A stretch of 59,274 nt of DNA, filler included, from Sphacelaria rigidula (taxonomy: Eukaryota), in NCBI GenBank assembly GCA_964200075.2. It is 10 parts of 10 records of this genome, joined end to end, with 100 filler letters (N's around TTAATTAATTAA, not from the genome) between each part and the next. Parts side by side here need not be neighbours in the genome. Positions count along the whole stretch, not along the records: positions 11,877 to 17,714 come from CAXNAA020024070.1; positions 17,815 to 23,652 come from CAXNAA020024071.1; 8 more parts are not named here. One strand, 5' to 3'. Position numbers and translations under genes: made by a program. The stretch's first letter is position 1; each line of letters opens with the position of its first letter. This document shows, piece by piece, positions 12,897-23,628 of the stretch. The notes under the pieces are model-generated. The model did no database searches. It saw only the letters and a program-made list of their open reading frames with translations, and was not told the origin of the DNA.

Positions 12897-15493
12897 TTTC
12901 CTCACTGATGTGCCATTTGGATCCGTGCGAGGTACTGGCTGGCTGACGTTTTCTGCTGTTGATCGCATTCGATACGTACGTTGATGCAGGTTCGTATTCG
13001 CCAGCATAATCCCGGTTCCATTTCGGAGGTAGGCCCAGAACCTGCTAGTGCCTCGAGCAGGTGCGGCGATGATTGTGATGGCAACGATGTCGGTGCGATT
13101 GCTGCGGATGGAGACGACGGCCAAGTCGTGTGCACTACCGTCAGTACCTCCGAGCAGGCGACTACAGAGACAGCAGCTCTTTCTTTCACGCAGCAGCGAC
13201 CCGCCACCTCTACTGTTCAGGCTTCGCCATCGCTGTCTGTGGGAGGTCCGGCTGGAATCCGTTCTACGACCGCCGCTGACACAACACCGTCAACGCTGCT
13301 GGCGCCGACGGTCCCGGTGCGGACGGTGGATGTGTTGGCCGAGGCATCACTCACGGCGGCAGCTGAAGGGGACCCAGAAAGTCGTTCACGAGTAGCATGT
13401 GCATCTGCAGAAGTTCCCGCCCATCCGAGACCGCCGTACGGGTATGAGTAGGAGACTTACCGAGATAGAATATAGGACTGCCTATGCTTATGTACGTACC
13501 TCGTTATGATTCGCATTTTATCCTGAGGGAGTGCGGCGGCTGCCGCTATTTGTGCTCAGTCACGTGTGTGTTTGTTCCCGAGTGCTTCGGCGCTGGAGTT
13601 CGATTGCCTTGGATTGGTTTGTGCACCGCTGTATGCGCAGATCGTACTGCATCCGTGCTCCACACGACACGAAGCAGCGCAACGATCACGGCAAACACAC
13701 ATCACACGAAACTTGACTGGTTTGGAGCGATGACCGATCAAAACATTAACCATGATCGAATGCCAGCTGGCATCCAATACTGTACGAGTCGGGCATGACT
13801 TGCTTGTGGTTCATACGCATGCGCACGCAAATCTGTTTCATCGTTGGTGGTCATCTGTGATTGCATTCTTTGCCTTCCTCCTTTCGGTCGTTTCTCCCCG
13901 CCACTGCCTTTCGTTTCGTTCTTTTAGTTCTGATTTCTTGTCTCGGTCTTTGTCTCCTTTATTTTCTCTTCCCTGTGTGGACCGTGTTGATGTTTGCGTC
14001 TCGCTGCTGCAGAGCTGGTAGGATAGAGGTCATGCCCACGTAGTGCGGTTGCCAGACAGCTGAGTCGCAATCTGTGTACATGGCACTATGTTTTACACGG
14101 CATCCTCACGAGAAGCCCTGATAGGGTTCGGTCGCTGTGTGTGTCTGGCACGGCACTACACAAGATCTTCGTCTGGCCATCTTTTTCTCGGTTTACTCTG
14201 TGTGCTTGTTCCTTTTTGGCTTGTTTGTCATTATGGCTGACTTTTTGTCTTGAGTTTCCTTCCGTGAGAATCGCTATATGTATACCCTTAGGCGCATCTA
14301 TCTATCTTGTGACATGACCGCGACTAGACTCGGAGCGGATCAGTCACTGTGCGACGATCGGCAACTCGACCGATCGACCGTATCAAGATCGCGAGCTTTC
14401 GTCGCTTCGTTACCCAAGACTAGACGTCTGCGACGCTTTTTGGTATTCGCTTTCGTATGCACACTGTTGCAGGGGAGAGGCATCGGCGATGCGGGTACGG
14501 CAACCGCTAGGGCCGATCATGATGGAACGACGAGGTAGGAGTGCATCAGTCGGGTCGAGGCGGCAGCAGTGGCGGCTGCGCGAGACAGGGACCACATCGG
14601 TATCGCCGACAAGACGTGTTTGTCAAGCTCGGAGTCGAAGTGCGACCAGACCCTCGTCTACTGTACTCCATAGTGGGCACGAGGACAAGGTGAGAGGGGC
14701 CTGACCATCGGTTGTACTGTAGCAGTGGCTGACGTCGTGGGCCTATACTGTACATGGTATAGCCATCCATGTTCAGGTACAAGCCGCATGCGAGGCACAG
14801 TTTTGCAATTCAATAGTGATGTCACTGAATGAAGAACAGGCTCTAGTTTACAGCACCCATCCTCTCGAGTGAGGTATGCGCTCCGGAATCGGACAGGCTA
14901 TGTCCAGCACACGACTTGAGCTCATGCTGGGCGGCCTCCTGTACTGTGGATCGCTTCCTGTCTCGGCTAAAAGGAGCGCCTGACAGAGTTTCACATGATC
15001 GGCCGCCTCTAACGCCTAGTGCTGATCACCGCCGCTTGTTTTTCTTACCGTCACACAGCCTCTGTCCAATCGTGCAGATTCAGTACGGCAAATGGGTGTT
15101 TTATCCAGTATCCCAGAGAGTGTGTGGGTCGGGCACAAGAGAGCAAAGCGGCTAGCATGTAGCTTGCGCAGCCCGTACCCTTTACCCTCCCTCCACGCGA
15201 CCTGGTCTACCGTGTTGTGCTGTGGGGAGAAGCATGCTTCGTTTTGTTGCAGTTCTCTTCATGTAGCCGTGCTTTTGACAGACAGATGATAAACATCGCG
15301 TGCAAAACATGCCAATAATGTATTTGTGGCAGAAATGTACGTGGAGAATACCTATACCGCCCCCCACCCCAGAAGATTACCCCCTCCATGTGAAATTTCA
15401 CACGGACGTTGGGATCCCGTGGTGAGATATCCATGAAACCTCACCGGTTTCCGGTCGGCGTCGTCAATCTGGTCAGCTATTTCCAAGTATTTC

Positions 15494-17580
15494 CACACCC
15501 TGGACAATACAATATGTCATCAATATATATTGGTCGATCATATTGGAATTTTGCGATATATTGCCGGCGTAAAATGTATTGATAACCTTGGACTGCACAC
15601 GTATTGCGCACCCAATCCATATTGATGTCGTGGGACTGGATACATATTTGCCGCTAAATATATATATATATATATTGGTATTGTGGGGTTGAATACATAT
15701 TGTCCCATCAATATATATATATATATATTGGGCAGCATGGGCGACAGCACATTGCACGACCAATATCTTTTACGGCTGCATTGATGAAAACATATTGACC
15801 GGTCAGTATGTATCGGGTCTGCGTGGGTGCCAATGTATTGGCCGATCAATATATATATATATATATTGGATATTATAAGTATGGTGTACGCTTCAAAACA
15901 AATCCAGACGCGATGGATAACGGACCCCGTGAAGATTGGGAAAAGCTTCAAAGGGAGCCGCAGAAGATTGCGTGCATTACTACGGAGAGATGTCGAATGC
16001 GTCTGACATATATATATATATATATATACTGGTCAGAAATTATAGTGGCAAAAGAGACGACCCGGTACATACGCCTCCTGATACCTACCTGGCCACCGGT
16101 GCGCGGCCGCCCATCCCCTTCCCAGTATGTAATTGATATGATTGGTTTATTGATTGATTGATTGTCGCACTTTAACTGACCCCCCAGGGGTCCAGCCATG
16201 GTCTCATGATAGACGCACTCAAGAAAAACGGAATTCAAACACGCTCTAAGAAAAAAACAAAATGAAGATAAAACAATAGGAACAGGAAAAAATAAAAAAA
16301 AAATAAAGAAAGATGGGTCGAACAGAACGACATAGCAGACTGATATATCTTGACTAACATCACGATGGCAGAAAACGCGGGTCGATATGCGCCTTTTGGT
16401 ACCCCTGTGGTCACCGGAGTTGTGTTGCTTATACCCTGGATAATACAATATGTTCCAACATGATACCAATACTTTGTATTGGAGCCAGCTCAAATATTGT
16501 CCTTTCAATACATATTGTGTTGAGATGTCCTCGGAGACATTGAAGCAACAACATATATTGGTCGTATCATGATCATGAAGTAATGTAGGACAACGTATAT
16601 TGGACATGCCTTTGCTCCGGGAATAAAACATTCAATATATATTGTGCATTCCGGCCGTGTATGTATTGAAGTGTCAATATATATTGAGTCTAAGCGATGC
16701 GTAGCATATTGTTACCATAATATATATTGACATCAAACCATTCAAAAGCATTCTTTTCCCAATATATATTGCGCACGCTCATCGCATAGCTATTGTGCAG
16801 CCAATACATATTGAACACGCTTGCGGAGGAATATATTGAGCGTTTTCGGCATGTGATGATACATCTTTCAATGGCGCCAGCAAACATGGAGTTGCCCACC
16901 ATAATAATTCCAATACACTTTCCAATCTACATGTTGAAAATGTGGTGATACATCTTTCAATGGCGCCAGCAAGCATAGAGTTGCCCACCATACCATACCC
17001 TGGACAATAGAATACACGGCCGAAAATGTACTGCGTACAGTATGGAATCTATTGTCTATTGCAACAGACAATATATGCCATACTGTACGCAGTACATTTT
17101 TCGGCCGTGTATTCTATTGTCCAGGGTATGCACCATACTAATTCCAATACACTTTCTAATCTACATGTTGAAAATACAAATATATTGCTACACCAATATG
17201 TATTGTGACCGTCGGTTCCCTTGTGTATTGTCCGCCCAATATACTTTCGATGCATTGACGCACGACATGTTCGGGCGGCAATCTATATTGGTGCTTCGGG
17301 TGTTGAGCATATTGAATCATCAATATATACTGACCTCGTGTGGCAGCCAATATATCACTCGACAGATGTATATTGATGCCTTCTCGCACCAACATATTAC
17401 TCGGCCAATATATATTGAGGTGGCGCGTGTCGTGATGTATTGTTCGGCCGATATATATTGCATGTCGCGAGCTTTGACATATTGATGGCACAATATATAT
17501 TGACCCTCTCTCGTGTCATCATATTGCTCGCCCAATATATATTGACCATCCAACGCGTCGACATATTGAGCGATATAGAG
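15494..17580. repeat. ATATATTG/CAATATAT-rich repeat complex, probably nested hAT-like subterminal regions; includes an 89-bp tandem duplication starting at 16851 and 16940
   Basis: Dozens of (A)TATATTG motifs in both orientations. Termini resembling the hairpin MITE occur at 15494 (CACACCCTGGACAATA) and 16430 (TATACCCTGGATAATA). Confidence 0.6.
16994..17130. mobile_element. 137-bp hairpin MITE, hAT-like
   Basis: Near-perfect palindrome CATACCCTGGACAATAGAATACACGGCCGAAAA...CCAGGGTATG. Exact 8-bp TSD CACCATAC at 16986-16993 and 17131-17138. Confidence 0.85.
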
Positions 17581-17814
17581 CCCTCCGGGACTCAGAACAA
17601 GGTCACAAGATTGCTCCAAGGGCTTCCTCCCTCACTAGGGCCTGGAGACTTCAAGACAGTTGTTATTCATAAACACACAGCCTTCGTTATCGGAAGTAAC
17701 CACATGCGTGAAGCNNNNNNNNNNNNNNNNNNNNNNNNNNNNNNNNNNNNNNNNNNNNTTAATTAATTAANNNNNNNNNNNNNNNNNNNNNNNNNNNNNN
17801 NNNNNNNNNNNNNN

Positions 17815-18505
17815 CGATCTGACTCGAAATTTCGAGCAACAAATGGCCCAAAATATCCCCCCTCCTATAGTAGGATGACTCGTGACGAAACAACCCCTTC
17901 GCCTCGCCGTGTCCCATATATGTGGTCACCAGATCGCTCGCGATCGAGGAGGTAAGGTTGCTGTCATGTACAAACCTTACTGGCAAGGCCTTCGAAGAGC
18001 GTCCTGGGAACGTGAATCCGACCTTCAGCTGCACCGCCGAGCTATTACCCTGTACTGGACACCACCTCAGCAGCAACACCTTGCTAACAACAAGAAATAT
18101 CGCAACATGTGCCGCGGCGCAGCAGCACGCGAAAGTCACCGTAACAAAGCTTTACATTTTGTCGTCGATGAATATGAATCGGTTGTCACCGAGTATTCGG
18201 AAGAAAAGATCCGCGCGAAACAGGAAGTCCTACCCAGAAGCGCGTCCCTGTGGTACAAAGACAGCGACAACCTCTGATGGCTGGGTCAGACCCAATTCAC
18301 AGATCTGAACGCGCCTGACACATACATCGTGCGCTTCATCGATGATCCCGGACCCGTGCAGATCAAGCTCCGCCCAGAGCTTTATACCACCAGTCCATCC
18401 GCACCACGAGGATCTTGGTGTCTCCAGCGACTCAAGTTCAGAGGCCTCCGCCGCGGAATCCAACATAACATCGATCGCACATATGATGTCAACGCACCGC
18501 TTTGA
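17815..18505 (+). mobile_element. Ty3/Gypsy pol C-terminal tail after the integrase (chromo-like plus Tudor-like modules), degenerate
   Basis: One frame reads ...VSHICGHQIARDRGGKVAVMYKPYWQGLRRASWERESDL...LWYKDSDNL*WLGQ...TYIVRFIDDPGPVQIKLRPELYTT...GSWCLQ. The TGA at 18275 is probably a mutated TGG. It resembles the pol tail I recall from brown-algal Gypsy elements. Confidence 0.7.
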
Positions 18506-19956
18506 GCTTCCACGGATCTCCTGCTTTTTGATCCACAACATTTCTCTTTTTTCTCCGTCTACTATCATTTAGATATTCTCCCCTGCTTCCATCATTCAGA
18601 ACACATCAGTGCCACCCACCGACTTTTTCGACAGCCTACAACCGGAGCTCCTTCAGCGCACAGCAACGGACCATGAATGGAACTTGCCTGGAGCACCTTT
18701 ATCCTCGGCTCCTGGAGCTTTTCGTATTCTCGCTCTTGATTTGTATGAATCTCGTTGGACCCATTGCAGTCTTTGAGTTGCTGATTTCTTTGCTTTCCTC
18801 AGCCACCATGCGCTCGTCGCGTGTGATTGACCTTTCGGCGGTGGGTTTTGGTATCACCCACGTACACGTTGTGCCCTTGGTATGCCTTCTCTTTTGCCTC
18901 TTTACTTTGACTAGCGCGTTGAAGCATTTTTGTTCTTCCGTTAGAGTTCGCTACCCCACAGCAGCATTGTGTGCTCCTGCGTCTTCAAGTGCACTTGCGC
19001 TTTTGTAGCAGATTCTGCTTCCGTTGTTTGAGGTGTGGGAGGATCGGGCAACGGAGTGGATGTTGCCCTCCTGATCTGGGGTGTAGTGTTTCTCAGCCAC
19101 TACGGCCACGGCCGCGTACTTTTATAGCGTTTGAGGTTGCCTTCCTTGCCGCTCTTTTCGTTGCGTTTCGAGACTCCTCATCGCATCTGTAATAAAGGTT
19201 CGTCTGGGTGGGCTAGTGTCATGAGGCTGGGAGGCGTTTATGATCAAATCCGGGATTTTATGGTTGCCGGCTTGATCAAGCTTAACTAGTTCAGATGTGA
19301 GTTCGATATAGGGGAATAGGGAACATTTCTAGCTGCCCTTCCAGTTCACTTGCGACGTGAAGCTGAGCAAGGCAGCTATAGTTCGGTGAGTGACGTGAAA
19401 GAACATTGAACAGAACGGAAACGAATACGAGTGAACAGGAGTGAACAAGAGTTTCTAAGATCAAATAGATATCAACCTGCATTTGCGTGAAGTTGTCTTG
19501 AGGTATCTTGTTTCGGTCACGATTTAAGAGCTCAGCTGTGTTGCTTGCTGGACCGATCGATCCATCCGCCCAGTCTGCGGGGTACAACCCTGAAGCACGC
19601 CTGACAAACCTGACAAGTTCTCCACATTGGCCTCTTCACACTGGGTAATGGGAAACTATCGGAGTCATGTATAGTAGAAGTACAGTAGAAAACGATGAGA
19701 TTGATTGTACAGCCATCGAGAATTTCGAATGTTGTGTTGTGAAGGTTGTTCATGAAACATACCATTGACTAGTGGTGGCAGGTCAGTCAATAACTCGCCA
19801 GACGAAACGATTTGGCTGTTGGATACGTGTTTTACGCGATCAGGGCATGCAACAGTAGAGCTCTCGAGATAGATTCCTAAATATGAGGAAACGGATCGTT
19901 GGTCAAGAAAATGGCGAACGAGTGTAGCGATCTACGTCGTGATCACCCCACATGCA

Positions 19957-22365
19957 CACGTGGACAGATAGCACCCTGTGGACGGGGTCTACAGGGTTTA
20001 CGTACCCTGCGCAGTGTTTCTGGCGGGCATTTTACTGTACAGTGTTTTCCAGCGTAGCACAGGATGCTACACAGGGTTTCCCTACAGTAGTCATGAATAG
20101 TGTGCATCACAGGGTTCCTCTCCACAGGGTTTCTCTACAGTGGTCATGAATAGTGCGCATCACAGGGTTCCGTCGCCCCGTGAATAGTTCATCGCTGCTG
20201 GGAATGCTGTGTAGTGTGTTTACGCACAAACACTACTCTTCACATGTAGCTGCGGGCGCAAGGTACTGGCGGAAAAAAAAACTGATTAGGTTGGACGGGA
20301 GTCGAACCCTCGACTTCACAATTACGTCGCCTGCCGGTTACACACGGAGCTACGCGTGGTAGTCGTTAAGGATTGGTCGAGTTTTTTGTACTTCTGAATT
20401 TTGGGGCGGCCCTCGAAGGTCCGTGTCAATAACACTGGAATCCCCCGAATTGTTTTTAGAGGCACAAGTGTAATGGAAATCTGAAATTTGGACAGCCGCT
20501 GCTGTTCGAAATATATCCTAATTCCAAACTTGGAATATAGAGTTGAGAAAGGATTCATTTCGAAGAGCTTCAGCTGTACAGACAATTCTATATATACACC
20601 GTATATCGCAGATGGAATTTGTACACCAAGAACACCTGAAATTGGGTGGAGAAAGAACTTGCTCGCGAGCAGCTCCAGCTGTTCAAGTCCTATATACTGC
20701 ACGCAAACTTTTGTTGCAGCTGATGCCATGGTGACATCTGGTAATTGACCTCGCTAATACATGCATACACCTGATGAAAACCCCGTAGTCCCGCGTCGAC
20801 GAAACTAATACAATATACAGGGGATAATGAAACATCGATCTTATCGCGCATACTGCGTAATCAGGATGTATATTCACAACAATAAACTATACTGGACTGT
20901 ACAATACCGTTGCATGCGGGACAGTGCGCTATACCGCCGTGCTTATTATACGTGCGGCGCCATGTACTGCAGATGGCTGGCTATGAATACAATGTATAGA
21001 CGCCTGCACCTTATTTTGATATATGGGGCGGGTGTTATATACCGTCGCGAACTCCAGTTTTTCACGCCCGTTCAACGTCAAATATTTGCGCGCACAACTG
21101 CTGCAGCACATATGTCGTCGCCGCGCGATGTCGCGACCATGAAAGAAGTAGGTGCTCAAGTTTCCACCAACGAGAAATACATGATATCCACCCGCGCCGC
21201 ACGGCAGTGCGTGTATGTGTCTATATCCCTGTGCCCAACCCGTGCTCTTTGCTGCGGGGTTGTGGTCGTATAGCTGGGTGGAATAATAGCACCGTTGTGC
21301 GGGCGGGTGCTTTTGGTGATGTTTGGTTTGTGTGCTGTGATAAATACACGGAGTGATGGTCCAGATATATACTATTCATATACGATTTATGAGACGTGAT
21401 ATTTTCTGAACATGGTTCGTGTTGGTAGACAACGGAAAACGGGGTTTTGGAGGGAATGTAAATACCAAGACGAGGTATATCCGAACATCAAGAATATTTC
21501 CACCTTCCCAAAAGCTTCACACGAAGCACAGGGGTGGACATACCCACGTATCCAACGTGTGGGATCTCTGTTCAGCGAAATCGGTAGAGAGCTATTAATC
21601 CTTCAGCCTATGTATACATGGACTCGGGGGTGACAAGATGAATACCTTTCAGCAACTTTTTCTGCGTGTCGGATCCCATGCACCGGTGACGATGCAGTAT
21701 GCGGGATTTGCCCAGCAGCTAACGCTGCTCGCCATGAATTTCGTTTCCCCCAATCTCTGGATGAATTGGAGGGAAAAGTAAATATTAATTTCGAACTTCC
21801 TCTGCTGGTCAAATTCTGAATCTGCCAGTGTGCATGGGATTTGCGCAGCAAAAGGAGCTGTTCGAAATAGATCCTTTTTCGCTCATTTCGAAAATGGGCG
21901 AAAAAAGGATCGATCTTGAACACCTTCTTCTGCTGTTCTAAATAAGTCCTTTCCTTTGCCGTAATTAATCGGGCGAGAAAAGAATCTGTTTTGGATCTAG
22001 CTTGATCTGCTGTCCAAAATAAATTTGTTTTCGCTCGACTCAAATCGGGTGAAGAGGAATTTATCTCGGACAGGAGGACAAGGTATTGAAGATATATAAA
22101 TTTACAGATTTTGTACCAAAATACTTGGAATTTTCAAAAAAAAAACACTTGAGGTTTTTTCACCAAAACACTACCACATGACTGTGCAGGGCTTTGCCGA
22201 CGTGCCTACACAGGGCTGCAAATCCAACCCTGGGGAAAACCCTATCAAAACGCTGCCACGGGTTCAGATTTTGCATTTCACTGTCAGGGTTTTTTCACAA
22301 AGACTATGGAGGACCCTGTACGGACCCTGCACAGTGCGCCCCACAGGGTGCTATCTGTCCACGTG
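19957..22365. mobile_element. Non-autonomous CACTA/CMC-like TIR transposon, 2409 bp
   Basis: Perfect 25-bp TIR CACGTGGACAGATAGCACCCTGTGG at 19957-19981 and 22341-22365. Both ends carry many subterminal CAGGGT/ACCCTG repeats. No transposase inside. Possible 2-bp TSD (CA vs CG). Confidence 0.7.
20275..20362 (-). repeat. tRNA-derived SINE-like head; other divergent heads at 31714-31790 (+) and 45419-45507 (+)
   Basis: A-box-like motif, B box GGTTCGA(C/T)T and a downstream T-run; cloverleaf stems do not pair. Confidence 0.5.
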
Positions 22366-23628
22366 CGCAGGGACCTTTTGATGCATGTAATGCTGCCTAC
22401 TTCTGCGACGTATACGGAGATGACAAGGTGGAGGGAGAACCAAATCTCAGTACCTGGAGTAACAGGAAATTTCATGCGCGTACCGTTTGGAGACGTAACC
22501 GCTCTGGAGTGGCTCAGGAAGCTAGTAGCAGAAGAAGCGAGGATGGGTGTAAGCCATGCACAGACTGCATTGCACAACATGAAATTACTCAAGAATGAGA
22601 GTTATGTAGCAGCCGCTCATCGGTTGATACTGCTGACTATGGTGGCCACGGTTTCTTCAGCCTCTCCACACCTCGCAGAGGAAGAATACTTCTGGAGGAC
22701 AAACTCGGAAGTATTGGTCCTACAGATGTGCAGTACTTTCCATAAGTTGGTAATCCCCGACCAAACTGCACAGATCGTATCACATACGTTACTACAAACA
22801 CCCAACAAAGCCTTAGAAGACGACGTCCGATCCTTACCAGTTCACCATGGAGACCCGTGCAGCCCCGACATGAAGGAGCGAGGGCGCCGCACGTATCATA
22901 TATATAGTGAATTTGTATCGGCCATTCAACGTCACTGTGAATGTTCTAGAACATCTACCGAGGCGATGAACAGCACTGCTGCCACATTAACACGCCCCGT
23001 GCCCAAGCCCATATACGCGGGGCTGGTAGAAGTTAAGAAACGACTCATGCAGGAAGCAGAGGAGAGGAACCAAGGGCAGGACTTCGACTCTGTTGCTGCC
23101 TTCAGCAACCAAAAGGCGTCAACACCAAGAGGCGGCACGCCTTTTGGGACATCTTCATCTACTCGTGGAGCACAGAAGCGCCCGAGGGAAGAATCAGCTA
23201 AGCCCACCAAGCGTGCCAAGTTTGACACGCGAGGAGAGGCACGGGCGACCGGGTTCCTCCCTGCCCGCAATGCGCCCAAGGGGGAGCGCGACGTCGCCAT
23301 CCGTTTGCTAGGGGTGTTTTTCAACCACGCATATGGACGAGACTGCAGCAGCAAGGACTCAGAGGGCGGCTGCAATTACTCCGACGATCAAGATCGAATT
23401 CCCTTCGGTCATTACCAGCAACCGGAGCAGAAACAAGCAAAGCCTAGGACGAAAAGGGACAGGCTAATGAGCCTACAGCTAGGAGAGTTGTTCGGGTTGA
23501 TTGACGGCCAGTACGAAGATCGGGGGTTCAACCACGAGCTGGACAAACCAGAAAACGACGTCGAGGAGGAGGGGGTCGAGACGGTTGATGCATTGAGCAA
23601 CCGTTTCGATGCCATAAGCGAGGAATGA
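22366..23628 (+). CDS. Retroelement gag/ORF1-like reading frame (420 codons downstream of the inserted TIR element), probably pseudogenic
   Basis: Longest ORF in the window and intronless. A helical N-terminal half is followed by a basic linker (KRPREESAKPTKRAK) and a degenerate CCCH-like finger (GVFFNHAYGRDCSSKDSEGGCNYSD). The ORF-track ATG at 22306 lies inside the inserted element, so it is not the native start. Confidence 0.5.
   Translation, partial: RRDLLMHVMLPTSATYTEMTRWRENQISVPGVTGNFMRVPFGDVTALEWLRKLVAEEARMGVSHAQTALHNMKLLKNESYVAAAHRLILLTMVATVSSASPHLAEEEYFWRTNSEVLVLQMCSTFHKLVIPDQTAQIVSHTLLQTPNKALEDDVRSLPVHHGDPCSPDMKERGRRTYHIYSEFVSAIQRHCECSRTSTEAMNSTAATLTRPVPKPIYAGLVEVKKRLMQEAEERNQGQDFDSVAAFSNQKASTPRGGTPFGTSSSTRGAQKRPREESAKPTKRAKFDTRGEARATGFLPARNAPKGERDVAIRLLGVFFNHAYGRDCSSKDSEGGCNYSDDQDRIPFGHYQQPEQKQAKPRTKRDRLMSLQLGELFGLIDGQYEDRGFNHELDKPENDVEEEGVETVDALSNRFDAISEE

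Noticed and set aside
15494..17580. CRISPR-like or coding array from the ATATATTG repeats
   Set aside because: The motif is too short, bidirectional and irregularly spaced. The ORFs there are low-complexity Y/I artefacts.
18560..19765. Antisense ORF after the Gypsy pol
   Set aside because: It has many stops, and the + strand frames from about 19200 look more protein-like.
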